NCBI GenBank assembly: GCA_016748015.1
Contig: JAAOMT010000557.1
Span: 1-64,000 of the forward strand
Direction: 5' to 3'
Source: Geosiphon pyriformis uo1
Taxonomy: Eukaryota > Fungi > Glomeromycota
Length of the DNA: 64,000 bases
Part shown: piece after piece, positions 36,556 to 49,867 of the stretch
How positions within the stretch are numbered: position 1 is the first letter of the stretch
Layout of the letters: every line of letters begins with the position of its first letter
Made by a program: the position numbers and the translations under genes
The notes under the pieces: model-generated
The model's database searches: none
The model's input: only the letters and a program-made list of their open reading frames with translations
Told to the model about the DNA's origin: nothing

Positions 36556-38108
36556 TGTTACAGTTCAAAAATTTAATAGGAATTATAAATAATATAAATT
36601 AGCCAATCATGAAATAGCACAGCAACAATTTATAAAAAAAAATGATTTACAAATAACAGCAAGCACTATTGTACAATAGCAGCAAACATTATCATGCAAA
36701 AGCAGCAAACACTATTTCACAATAGCAGCAAGCACTATTTAGAAATAATGAAAATAGAGTATTACAAAACATTATTTTGTAAAACAATAATTATATATAT
36801 ATACAATAGTTTTTAATGATGAAGAAAAAAAACAGCTTTAATTAGAAGCAACAAATATCTAAATAAAATCTTATTCAAAAAGAATTAATAAAAAAAATAA
36901 TAAATTGAATGAACATCACAATTACGAGATTAACAATAGAATTTACATACCCTCTCTAGCAAATGAAACTATCATTCTATCTCTGAACCCTTTGGAAGAA
37001 TAATCCCTAATTAAGATTATTCACATAGTTACTAATTAAATTGAAAAAGCTTTATTATATACTTAGAGAAATTGCGAAAAGGCCATTAACATTCCGTGTT
37101 TCTAGATTAGAGAAACACATTAGGCAATTGCAAAGATAGCTTCAGAGAAGACCCCAAACAGTGGGTAGATTTTAGATTAACCTTTGGAAAGAAGTATACA
37201 ACATACAAAGACAACTAGAATTAAAGAGAAAACTTACATTACAACATCAAAAAAAAACCTTTAGTACATTATCATTAATATTAAACACATAAAATAGAGG
37301 AACTCATGAAAGACTGATTGCAATTAAAACAAGAGATCAACAATTAAAATATACCAAAAAAACACTTCTATAACACTGATTAAAGAAATTAAAAGAATCC
37401 AAAGAATTTTATATAATATTAATTATGTATATATAGTAAAAGTGTTAAAAGTAGAAAAAAAAGAAAAAATTCAATTCAGAATTAATACTAATAATCTATT
37501 AATTATCTAATATCTCTTTCTTCAAAAGTAATTTTCTATAATTAAAGTAGAATTAAATTACATATTAATAAAATATTAATTATTACTTGAATCCATATTA
37601 TCATTATTTGATTAAGAAAATTAATTATTTCCACTCTATTAATATTTTATGTTGATAGAATTCAATACCTAATTACACTAAACCAATAGCTTCTAATCAT
37701 AACTATTAACAAAATACTAATTTTTTATTTTTTTTTATTTTTATTTATTTTTATTTTTTTATTGTTTACTAATTAATTAAAAAGATTAAGCACTGAGTAA
37801 TTAATGTCAAGGATAGCCTGATAAAAAACCTGTAAAACAAGAATAAAAAACTCATAAAATTAAGAATAGCTTACTAAAAAGACAAAACTGCCAGAAAAAC
37901 CAGTCATTAAGTTGAGAAAAAAATTCACAGAACAAGCTTCTAAAAAGGTACTGAAACAATTATTGAATTTCTGTTCATTATACAAAGAACTTAACAAAAA
38001 AAACTTTCAGATCATAAAAACCTTCAGAATTATTAACATAATCAAGCTATTGAAACCAAGTTACAGATTTATTATTTGTACTAATATCTCAAATAATCAC
38101 TTGTAACA
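36556..38108 (+). mobile_element. Probable solo LTR or LTR-element remnant of a second family
   Basis: Bounded by TGTTACA…TGTAACA; CCAAT box, four ~23-bp repeats (agcagcaagcactatt, 36655-36740) and a TATA-like run follow the left end; more GC-rich than the flanks. TSD unclear (ctgg vs tcaa). Confidence 0.45.
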
Positions 38109-40689
38109 TCAACTAATTATGAATTTAACATTTGATGCTCCTTTCTAATACCTGCCAGATACTTTTTAAGTCTTATCTCTTGTATTTTTATTTTTATTTT
38201 TATTTTTACTTTTTTTTTGGTATTGTAAAAACTGGCAAATTAAGACTAAGACTAAAATTTAAGCCAATTGGTTCTGAATTAAAGCTAGGAATATATTATT
38301 AGAATTTTTTTGTTTAAAATATTAAGTGGCATAACAAAAAACTTTTGCTATTCAAGACTGTTAGTTAAGTCACAAAGTCAATATTAAAGTGTAAGTAATT
38401 TGTTGACTTGTCTGATGTTATATGTATAAACTTTTGTGATTAAAAGAAAGTATAAAATCAAGTTATATAAACTAGATATAAAAAGTCCAATGTTTTGGTT
38501 GGCTTAAATTGAAAAAATTCAGTTATCAATACAGTTTACTAAACTTGGCTTGTTAAAAAACTATGTCAAATATCTACTTGTCTTTATAATGAATACTTTA
38601 TAGTATAATAATTACTTTTAGCTTGATAATAATAATTTTTTTATCTTTTAAGAGTGTTTAAAGATTCTAATAAAAATTATTTATGCTATTTTTAATTCAA
38701 ATCTTTTTAAATAAAAATTGTGAATAAGCTTAAGTATTCAGGTATATATGTAGTCTTTTTGTTGTTTTGGATTATTATGTTCTCAAATTAAAATATCTGT
38801 TATCTTTTTTAGCATATTAGAAGAAAAGCTACTTAAAATAAGACAAAGTACTAACTAAAATATATTTTACCAAAAACAGAATCTTAAAAGCAATTACTTT
38901 GCTTTACATAAAGTTTGGGTAAAAAAAAAAAACAAAAAACAAAAACAAATATGATTGTTTTTGTTCTGGAAATTACTATCTAACTGAATATAATTAAAAA
39001 AAAATTTTTTGCTTTGAAGAAAATTAAAATCTAGTATTTCTTTAGAACAAAAAAGAAAAATAAGATTTTCATATCATATTTTAATAAAAATTTTAGTGTT
39101 TACAAATCTTTATTTTCAGTGAATCTTTAATATAAAAAAAATTTAAAGTTTTATTCTAGTAAAAAATATGTTTTTGTGATGTTCTATTTATATAATTTCT
39201 TTCAATGTATAAAAAATAGATATTGGTTTTGCTATTATTGTTCTAATATTCATAACAATTATTATTGGTAAGTCTTTCTGTTGTGCTGATATTTAATAAT
39301 TGTGGCCATTTTTTATATTGTTATGAACAAACACAATTTGTTAATAATAAAGTTAAATTTTTTTTGGGTCTAAAAATCTTTAAAACTTATATAAAAGAAT
39401 ATATAATTGTCAATAAAGCCAAAGTTTACAATTGCTTTGAGAAAAAAATTAAGACACTTATTTGCATAAAAGCAGTCTGCTTAATTATATTTAAATGTAT
39501 TTAAAAAACAATTAAAGATAAGAAACTTTTTAGTAAGATATTGTTAAAATATTTAATATTAATATAACAGAAAAGATATTACTATAGAAAAAACCAGAAT
39601 AAATATTTAATTTTTGTTATGCAGATATTAAATAAAAGTTTTTTTGAGCTGTAACTACTTTGATTATAATGTTAGTTGTGGTTTGTTTTTTTTATAAAAG
39701 AATTTATAAGATAAGTTTTTGAACCTTTTGCTTAATATAAAAAAACTAATAATTAATAATATTGATTTATTATGTATATTAAAGATTGATAAAAATCTGA
39801 AGATTATTAATATTAAAATTAACAAAAAAATTATTGTTAAGTGAATTTTTTAATAAAAAAAATATAAATAAATTGTTTGTAAAGTATAGAAAAATGGTCA
39901 AAGAAAATAAATTATAAATTTTATATTTTAACATATTTATAACTTGATTAGATTTTTTGTTTCTATTGATTTTATGTTTTTTTGGTTAAATTTGTACAGT
40001 GTAATATTCTCTTAAATTTGCAAAAACAAGTTTAATCTAAAAATTAAAATACATTAACATTTTTATTTTTTATTTTGGAAAGTATTTTAATAACTAAGCA
40101 AACAGTTAATTTATTTTATAAAATTTTTAGCATAAAAAGTTTTTACAAGTATATGTTTGCAAATATTTGGTAAATCAAATGTTTTTGATATTTTAGAGAT
40201 TTGAATAGTAAGTTAAATATATTTTGTTTTTAAACAAAAAAATAAAAATATCAAAAAAAAAAAAATTTTTTGAAAAATAAAGATTGGCAAAAAAAATTTT
40301 GCTGATTTATTTTTATATTATTATAATTTAATACTGGATAACAAAATAATATTAAAGATTAAATACTTTATTAAAAAAATTATTAAATAGTCTTTGTAAT
40401 ATATTTACAATTTATTTAAGTAATATAAATTATTATTGAGTTGTTATAAACTTGCAAAAACATTAAAAGATTAAATTGATTTTATTTATAAATAGTTTTC
40501 TAATCTTAAAACTAAATTGCAAGCTGATAATATAAAATTTTTCAATAAGATAATAAATTATTCTATTGTTTAACAAAGTAAACATTACAATAAAAAAATA
40601 TAGATGATAATATCAAAAATGTAAATAATATAAAGTATTATCTAAATAGAAAAAGTAATCAGAAACTTATTAATAAAAACATAAGAACT

Positions 40690-40860
40690 ATATAATAACA
40701 TAAAAAAATATAATAATACAAGATAATACAAAATAATATAAAATAATATAAAATAACATAAAATAATCCAGAATAATATTAAATAATATACAATAGCATA
40801 AAATAGCACAAAATAATTAGTAATAACATAAAATAACTAGTTATAATATAAAAAAATAAA
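40690..40860. repeat. Degenerate 10-bp tandem array (aaataatata/aaataacata)
   Basis: Consecutive units such as aataatataa, aaataacata, aaatagcaca and gaataatatt. Confidence 0.75.
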
Positions 40861-43440
40861 GCAATAGCTAAAATAGCAAGTAATAGTTAGCAATAATAAG
40901 CAATTAAAGGCAATTTTATAAAACTAAAAAATAAGTATAAAAAAAATGGTTTTAGTAAATAAAAAAACAAACCAAATAAAAATTAATTTTTTTTAATATC
41001 TTTCTTTTAAACATAATAATCTTTTATTTTATTTTTTTTATATTCTATATTAATTAAATAAAATATTATTATTTAATTTAAAAAGTACATGATTTTAATA
41101 CTCTGATTTTCAAAATCTAATTAATTGTTTTTTTTATTTTTATTTTAAATTAGATACTATTAGCATAAATGCTTTTAAAACTTTAAAAACTAAATTAATT
41201 ATTTTTGATCATAATAATTGACAAAATACTAATTTTTTTTTTTTACTTTTTTTTTTTTTTCTTGTAGAATAATAACATTGAAAATTGATTATTTAAAAAT
41301 AATTTCATAATAGTTTGGTAAAAAAAAAAAGCTTTTTCTAATTTAAATATTAACTTTATTTTGTTAACTTACTAAAAAAATAAAAAAACAATATCAGATT
41401 CTAGTAACTGTATTCACTAGTTTAGAGAGAAATATAATTATAGCAACATAATTCAAAAAATAAAATTTCTGTATTTTATAATAAAAAAACTAAATAAGTA
41501 TAACTTTAAACAAGAAAACTTTCAAAAACTGATAATTGACTTAACTAATAAAATGAATTTATCTATACTTAATTGACTTTAATTATTAAATTACAAGTAC
41601 CAAATATTACAATCATATTCTATCAAGTTTATCTGTAATAATAATAAAATATTTAATAAGTTAATACTTATACAATTCAAAGTTACTATATAAAAACTTA
41701 ATTTTTTTTTGTTATAATAAACTGTTTCTATTATGTTTTTTAAATGCTTTACAATTTAAATTTATTCTAAAAAAATCAATTTTTTAATTTTAGATATATT
41801 GAATTAATTTAATTAATATATATATTTGGAAAATCTATTTTAATTGGTAAAATTAAATTTATTAATGAAATTTTTTTCTATTAAAAACAATATTATGGTT
41901 TAAAAATTTAAATTATTTAATTATAATATAATACAGTAATAATTTTAAAATAATAATAATTAATATAGCAACAATTATCAGTTAATGTTGATAACAAATA
42001 TTGTTTTACAATAACAACAAACATTATAATATAATAATAATAAACTTTATATTAAAATATTAAAAATAAAATATTAAAATATTTTTTTTGTAGAACTATA
42101 AATATATATATATAATAATTTTAATATTAAAAAAAATCATTTTTTATCTTTTATTTTTCAGCTTTTATTATATTAATTGTTTTTAATATTTATTTTTAAA
42201 TAAATATCCAAATAAATTTTTAATTAAAAAGAAATAAAAAATAATATTGAAAACTAAATTATTATAATAAAAGTATTAAAAAACTTATTTGTATTGTTTA
42301 TTGAATAAAATTGTTATTTGTTAGTTAAATTTTTTAAAAGAATAATCTCTAATTAAAATTATTTATTTTATTATTAATTAATAAAAACTTTATTGTTAAA
42401 ATTAGAAAAAATGTTAAAAAATTATTAATATTTTGTGTTTTTAAATTAAAGAAATATATAGACAATTGCAAAAATAGCTTTAAAAAAGATTTTAATATCA
42501 ACAAATAAATTTTAAATTAACTTTTAAAAAAATACATAAAATATATATGTTAAATTTTAATAAAAAAAAAATATAACAATAATTAAAAATTAAAAAAAAA
42601 CTTATATTGTAATATTAATAAAAAATTTTTAATATAAAATTAGTATTATTATATTATTAAAATTAAGAAATTTATAAAAAATTAATCATAATTAAATTAA
42701 AAATATTAACAATTAATATACCAAGAAAATATTTTTTTAATAATGAATTTTTAATATATAGACAAAAAATTTAAAAAATAAAAATTAATAAAAAAAATAA
42801 AAATTATCAAAAAATTATTTTATTTAATGAATAGTTTTAAAAGTCTTTATTTTTTCAAAATTTTATAAAAATAATATTATTAAAATTATTATTTTTATAA
42901 ACTTAGAAAAAAAATTAATAACTAATTTTTTGTTATAATTTATAACAAATAAAAAAAATTTACAGAAAAAATCAAAATAATAATTAATTACAACAAAAAA
43001 TTTTAATATTTTTATTAATTAAAATATATTATAAATCTGTTTATTGCAAATTTTTAATTAATTTATAATTTGTGTATTTTAAAATATAAATTATTTTATT
43101 AATAAATTAAAATTGCAAATATAATAAATTAAAATTAAATAATATATTAATTATAAATTATTAAAAATAACATTTTTAATTAAAACCTAATTTTATAACT
43201 TTATTTTGTGAATTTAAAAACAGATTTATGCAATATTTGTAAAATAATTTACAATTTAAACTTATAAAAAACTTTAAAAAACCAATTTATTTTAATAAAA
43301 ATACTAAATTAACAAAAAACATAAAAACTTATTAATTTGTTATTATAAAAAAAATAAAATTTTATTATTATTATTATTATTATTAATTAACAAATAAAAT
43401 TCAATTATTATTTACTAAAATACAACAAATATAATTTAAT

Positions 43441-45203
43441 CATTTTGTAGTCCTGGTCGGTTCCCGTTGTCCTCTGTTCTTAGAAAGTCTCTGTATTTTG
43501 ATTCGGTCAAATTTCTTAAGTGTTTTGGTGTCGTTTTTGGTGATCAGCTTTTTGATAAGAAAGGTGTTTTGTTGGATTGGAAAACTTTTCGTTATTGGAA
43601 AAGGTTGGATCCGCATGGCCCTGTGCCTCACTGGTTCATGGTTTCTTCTGAGTTTTTGAAAGGTCAGGATTACTCATTGTCTGGTTCTGTTGGCTTAGCA
43701 GAAAAGCTTGGTTTGGACATTTTGGGGTCTGGGGAATTTTCTGTGGTTAAAGATGGATTGCATGACATTTGGTTAGACTCTTTTGAAGTCTTCACGGATG
43801 GGTCTTTGAGGAATGCAGGCTCTGTTGAGGTCGCCTGTGGTGCTGCTGCGTACTTTCCAGTCTTGGATATGAGTATTGGTGTCACTGTTCGTGGCCTTTT
43901 GTCATCTACTATGGCCGAATTGCAGGCTGTCACTTTGGCTTTGGAGTGTGTTCCTTCTTCAAGTACTGTGGTGTTGTGTCTTAACAGCCAGGCTGCCATT
44001 GACGCATGTGTGTCTGAGATGTCTTTGGTTGCTTCTGATTTCCGTAATCAATACTGGCTGGAGAGGTGTCATATTTTCAATTTGGTCAGGGATAAGGATC
44101 TTAGTGTGAGTTGGGTTAAGGTGAAAGGACACTCTGGGATTCCTGGTAATGTGAGAGCTGACTTGGCTGCTGGGGCTGCCTCTGGGTCTCCCTTTTCCCT
44201 TTGTGCCGATGTGCGTGAACATTTTTTGGTGGCTAAGGGTGTCGCTGTTTCTGGTAATGCCCGTCATTTTGTCAGAAATATTTTTCGATTAATTCGTTGT
44301 GCTTGTTGAGAAGCTGGGCCTGGTTGTGATGTAGTTCCGGATGCGATGATTGGTTGCATAGACTGGGTTGTCACGGCGAAGGTGTGGCATCCTGATTCTC
44401 ATATGCTTGCTGGGTTCACTAGCCGCACATTCTCATCGCTTTGCACTTATGTTATGAAGGCTGTGCACAGGAGGTTGCCGGTGGCCGTTAGGAAGAGGTT
44501 GTATGATAAATGCTACCCTAGTGTGTTGTGTTTGTTTTGCGATGAGGTGGAGTTCTCTGACCACGTTTTTACTTGTGTTTATAAGTCTGGCATTCGTGGT
44601 GAGATTTTGGCAGAGGCTTCTGCTCGTTGGTCAGTTTTGGCTGGTGGTCCCTCTGCTTTTGCTATGTTGTGGGTTTTGTCTCAATGTTCCATTGATGTTG
44701 GGCTGTACACTTTGGTGTGCAAGGGGTTTGTGCTAGAGAAGTGATATGAGGAGGCTTGCAATGTTTTTGAGGATAGAAAGGTGGCCACTGTTAGGATTGT
44801 TGATTATGTCAGGTTCGTTGTTGGTTTACATCGTGCTAAGGTATGGTTGGCTAGAGCCAGCCACCGGGTGGTGATGGAGAAGGCTGGTCTGGTCTGTGAT
44901 GTTGGTGTTGTTTCTGGGCTCCCTTGTGGTGTGTCTTCGGTTTTGTCTGACAGTGTTGTGAGATTGCTTGGTTTGGCCAATTCTTTTGCTGTTAGCTTTG
45001 GTCATCGGAAGCCTTTTTGTTTCTTTTCTGGACTGGGTGGCAGTGTGCGGGTAGTTATAGATGTGTAGTGTTGCCTTGTCTGGCCTGAGTGGCTAGCCAC
45101 ATGTAGAAAGTGCGTGAGTCGCATTTAGTTTGAGCCTCTTAGTTTGGTTCTATGTACTAGATAGTGATTGGGCTACACTCATTAAAATGCGTTAAAAAAA
45201 AAA
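43441..45203 (+). mobile_element. Relatively young 5'-truncated LINE with RNase H and C-terminal CCHC finger
   Basis: VFTDGSL…GAAAYF…SSTMAELQAV…NSQAAI…WVKVKGHSGIPGNVRADLAA (RNase HI); CLFCDEVEFSDHVFTC; three ORF pieces in one frame split by TGA; poly(A) at ~45193-45205; TSD AATTTAAT (43433-43440 and 45204-45211). Confidence 0.95.
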
Positions 45204-46758
45204 AATTTAATATATAATTAATTATTTACTAATTAAAACAATATTACATATTTAATATAATAGAAACATTATAATTAATATTAAAAAAAACAAATAACTT
45301 GATTTAAACTAAAATATATTACATAGTTTTTAAAAAGACTTTATCTATATTTAATTTTTCTATTAATAAAATTTTAATTATAATAAAAAAATTATTAAAT
45401 TTAATAAAAACTTTTTTTATTTTTTTTTAAGTTAACATTTAACATTTAAATTTTTTTGGTGTTAAACAAATTAATTAATCTAATATTTATAATATTAAAC
45501 TCCAAATTTGTATTATATATTAATATAATTACATAATATAATTATAATTATAATTAAATTTAAAATATTTATGAAATTTATTTAAATAAACAAATTAAAA
45601 ACTTGTATAATTTGGTTTTTATAAAATAAACAGTTAAATAAAAAACATTGTAACAATGCAAAAAAACAAAATAAAAACAGTATTATATTTAAATTTATTT
45701 GTATTTAATAATTTATAATTATAATAATAATTATTATTATTATAATTAATATTTGAAAATTTATTTTACTTATTAAAAAAGACAACTTTTAACAAAACCT
45801 TAAAAATAAAGCTTTAATTTTAATGTTTTAAATTCCAAATTAATAGTAAATTTCTTAAATACAAATTGCAAAAATGATAACTACTTAACTTACTTATAAC
45901 AAAATTTCAGGCATTATGAAAAATGTAAAAACTTTGTAATTTAGGAGACTGTTAAAATCTGATGTAAAAAAGAATAAAACTAAAAATTTAGACCAAATTA
46001 AGAAACAATTAGAGAAGAAAAGCGATTCAAGTCAAATTTCTCTTATATGATTAATTTCCACATTTTTGGTGACAGCAGAAATAACAGTAATGGGATTTGT
46101 GGGGCTAAGGAAGAAAAAAACACAAATTAAGCCAATGCAACGCGCCCCATATATACTAGTTATTTCACAATATTTGGGTTTGGCATAACCAAATAACTCA
46201 CTTTCAAATGTGATACTAATAATCAAACCCACTGTGAATTTTATTGATAAACAAAATTAATTTTCGATAAATAGCGAATGTTACAAAATTGAATTAATAT
46301 TTAAAAAGCCACTTGTCTAATACACTTTGATTATCACAATACATCCCCAAAGAATACAGCTGATATGGAAGCTCATTTCGCATTCAAGATCTATATTAAA
46401 TGTTCTTGTTGGCATCTAACTACCCATGATGTCCCGCAAGACACCTAAATACCTAATTTCGATCACAATGAAAATGAAATAAAAAATGATGAAAGGATAA
46501 AGGGTATAAAATTGCAAAATAATATCGATCCATTTAAATTTAGTAGGAAATATTGAGTTGAAAAAATGTGATTTGAGAAAAGAATTTAAATATCAAATGA
46601 ATAAACTCATATATGCCGTTCTGAAAAAAGAAAACAGAAAAATAATGAATATAAAATGTCCAAAACGAAATAAACTAAAAATATTTTGAATTTATCAAGA
46701 TTGATTCCAAGTTTAACCCTCCATAATGAATAGTTTCTTGATTATTAAAGTCAAATTC

Positions 46759-47346
46759 TCATTCTTCCATAATATCTTGAAACTGAAACTCTTTCTCAGC
46801 CTTTTGGCAAACATACATGTCCTGCTCGTTAAAGCTTTGCCAATCGTGTAAAAATTCTTGGCGTATATTATGAGCTTCTTCATTAAAATAAAGGTCAGAA
46901 TATTGACCACTACTGCGTGATTCCTCCTTCATATATTGTTCCGACGCCCAGGTTGAATAGGTGGGATAGCAAGGTTGGTATTTCGAATGATGGACGCAAT
47001 TACATTGGCTGGGCTCTTCTTGGCTATCACCACAATAGGGTACGGGAATGACATCAATTATCGAGTTGAAATCTTTAATATCGGAATTAGAATCACTTTT
47101 AAAAGTAAAATCACTTTCTAATATGCAGTCACTCTGAAAAAATGGTTCAAACTCTTCAGTAAGGTTTAGAGTATCAAACCGAGAAATAAACTGAGAGATA
47201 TTCTGCTGCTCTGAGGGTTCTTTTATCGTTGACGTTTCTTGATTAAAATCCTCCGGCCAAATGGCCTTTGTGGGGTCAAGTTCATAAAAGTGAGAGTAGT
47301 CATCGTCCCAGACAGAAATTTGTGAAAGTATTGGTAAGGTAACCAT
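46759..47346 (-). CDS. Hypothetical acidic protein, 195 aa, no recognised domain
   Basis: Uninterrupted ATG-initiated ORF with gene-like GC and retained CpGs; CpG-rich upstream patch at 47560-47630; flanked by AT deserts. Confidence 0.6.
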   Translation of the reverse strand: MVTLPILSQISVWDDDYSHFYELDPTKAIWPEDFNQETSTIKEPSEQQNISQFISRFDTLNLTEEFEPFFQSDCILESDFTFKSDSNSDIKDFNSIIDVIPVPYCGDSQEEPSQCNCVHHSKYQPCYPTYSTWASEQYMKEESRSSGQYSDLYFNEEAHNIRQEFLHDWQSFNEQDMYVCQKAEKEFQFQDIMEE

Positions 47347-49867
47347 AAAAGTTCCAGGAGTGGTTGAGAATCGTATGAATGGACTGATTGCGTAAGAAAC
47401 CTTGGAAAAAACCGTTGCTCTTCAATGTTGCCAAATATGTTTGATGGTGCCCATTCGAGATTAAGTTTTAATGCTATGAACAATCTTGTCCCTAAATAAC
47501 ATTATTTCACGATGACCTCAAAAATCTTGATAATCACATGACCCATGATGGTTTTAAGGCAATCGCGATAGTCTTTTCTTCGGCCGACCAACTTTTTTTC
47601 CCGCGGATCCCGTTGCTGCTACGCCCAATTGGACAATTTAATATCAAAATCGTTTTCATCCGTTTAAACATTATAAAATGTTCTAGGTTTAATATTTAAA
47701 TATATTTTGTTATATAAATTATGTAATTTAGATTTAGTTTGTGATAATCAAATATTAATTCTTTTAATTCTTTTATTTATATTAAGATTTTTACACAGTT
47801 GATAAGATAATTTAAACTTATTATCAGTTTATTTAACAGCTTTGCTTGTGTTATATATGTTTATATATTTCCAACAAATTTGCAAATAATTATTTTTAAA
47901 AACGTTAATATAAATTTTTGAAATTTGGTTTTATAAGTTTTTATAATTGTATTTATATAATGTCAATATTATTTTATAAGATTGTATTTAAAATAAAATT
48001 TTAATATTATTTAAAATTATATTTTGTTTTAATAATTGCGTTTTTTAATAATAATAAATTAATATTAATATTATATTTTATACTTTTTTTTGTATTTTTA
48101 TAACCATATTTAAAAAAACACTATTTTTTGTTGTTGTAATTAGAAATCTTACTACTTAAAAAACTTTTTTAAAAATAAAAATAATTAAATAATATTTTAT
48201 AAAAACATTTCTTTTAAGTAAAATAACAAAAATTTTTAATTATAAACTAGTAATTAAGCCACTGTTTTTTCAAATTTATTATTATTATATTATAATAAAA
48301 AACAATTTTTTAAAATAATATATTTAATTTCTTTAAAATATTAGAAATATTTTTTTAATTTAAAATTTGTAAAAAATAAAATATTGGCTTTTTTATTTTT
48401 TTGACATTTTAATTAATTTAATAATATTAATATCAATTATAATATTTAAGTTATAAATAATATTTTTTTGTTTTAAATAATAACAATAATAGTATATTTA
48501 TTAAATTTGTCTTAAATTAATATTTAATTATATTTTAATATACAATTTTAATTAATTATAATTAATCATAACAATTAAACCAATAAAATAAAAACCAAAG
48601 TTTTTTTTTGTTTTTTAAATAAATAATTTTATTTTAATATATAATATTATTGTAAAAATTAAATAATTTATATTAAAACCAAATTTCAATTTTTATATAA
48701 TTTTATTAATATAAAATTGTTTATAAAAAATAATGTTAAGTTTTTTGCATAAAATTTTACATTTTAAATCTTTTTATAATTGTTTAAGTTTAAAATTAAA
48801 TTTATTTTTTTCTTAATTTTTAAGTTTAAATCATATAACTATTAATTATAAAGCAGCTTTTTTGGTTTATTAAAAAATTTTAAATTATTTTGTTGATTTA
48901 ATATTTTATATTAAAGCTACAACAATTTTATTACTTTATGTTTTAGAGTTTTTTATAAAACATATAATTTCAAATTGTGTTTGCTAAAATTTAAATTACA
49001 AAATCTGTTAATATAATAAAAATTTATTTAAAAAATTAAAATTTTGGTAAATTTAATTAACAGTTTTGTTATAAATATAGAAACTTAATTTATAAAAACT
49101 TAAATAAAAATATTGCTAAATTTGTTATTAATTTGTTTAAAAATCATAACTAATTTAAAAATACGTAAAAAGCTTAATTTTTAAATGTTTACAATATAAA
49201 AAATCAACTAATTGTAATTGGTTTTAATAAATTGTATCAATTATAAATATGTAAATAATAAAATAAAGTATTATAAAGAAACCAAAAAAAATAAATGTTT
49301 AAATATGTTTATAATAAATAAGCATTAAAGAATTACTTGGTTTAAAAATAAAATTCGATTTATTAAATAAGTAATTTTGAATGAGTGATTATGTACAAAA
49401 TAAATAGATAAATTATATTTAATATAAAATATGTACATGTTAAATATAATTAAATTACATCTTATTATAACAATAAAAAATCAAAAGACTTTATATAAAT
49501 AATAAAATAAATAAAAATAAATAAAAATAAATAATAAATATTTCAAACAATTTAATATCAAAATAATAATACTTTAATTATTTCATTACAAAAATCAAAT
49601 TAATTAATTAAATTGCAAGAAGTTTATTTTGTTAAACCATATTATGAAATATAGTTGAAAAAAAACAATTGGAAATTCAAATAACTAAGAAAGGCAATGT
49701 GACTAATTACAACAATTTCGGTGACAGTAAGAATGATGGCTTTAGTATTTTTAGTTCCAACAAGGAAATGTTATTCTGGTCGCCAAGCCACCATCAGTCT
49801 TTCTAAGTTACTTTATCTGCAGCGCGCCCGTATAAAGGTTTCTATTGAGTTTATAACAATTGTTTAA

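Noticed and set aside
38200-39950. Decayed coding-like sequence (also 3780-4250)
   Set aside because: Probably transposon relics, but I could not recover any diagnostic motif, so no call was made.
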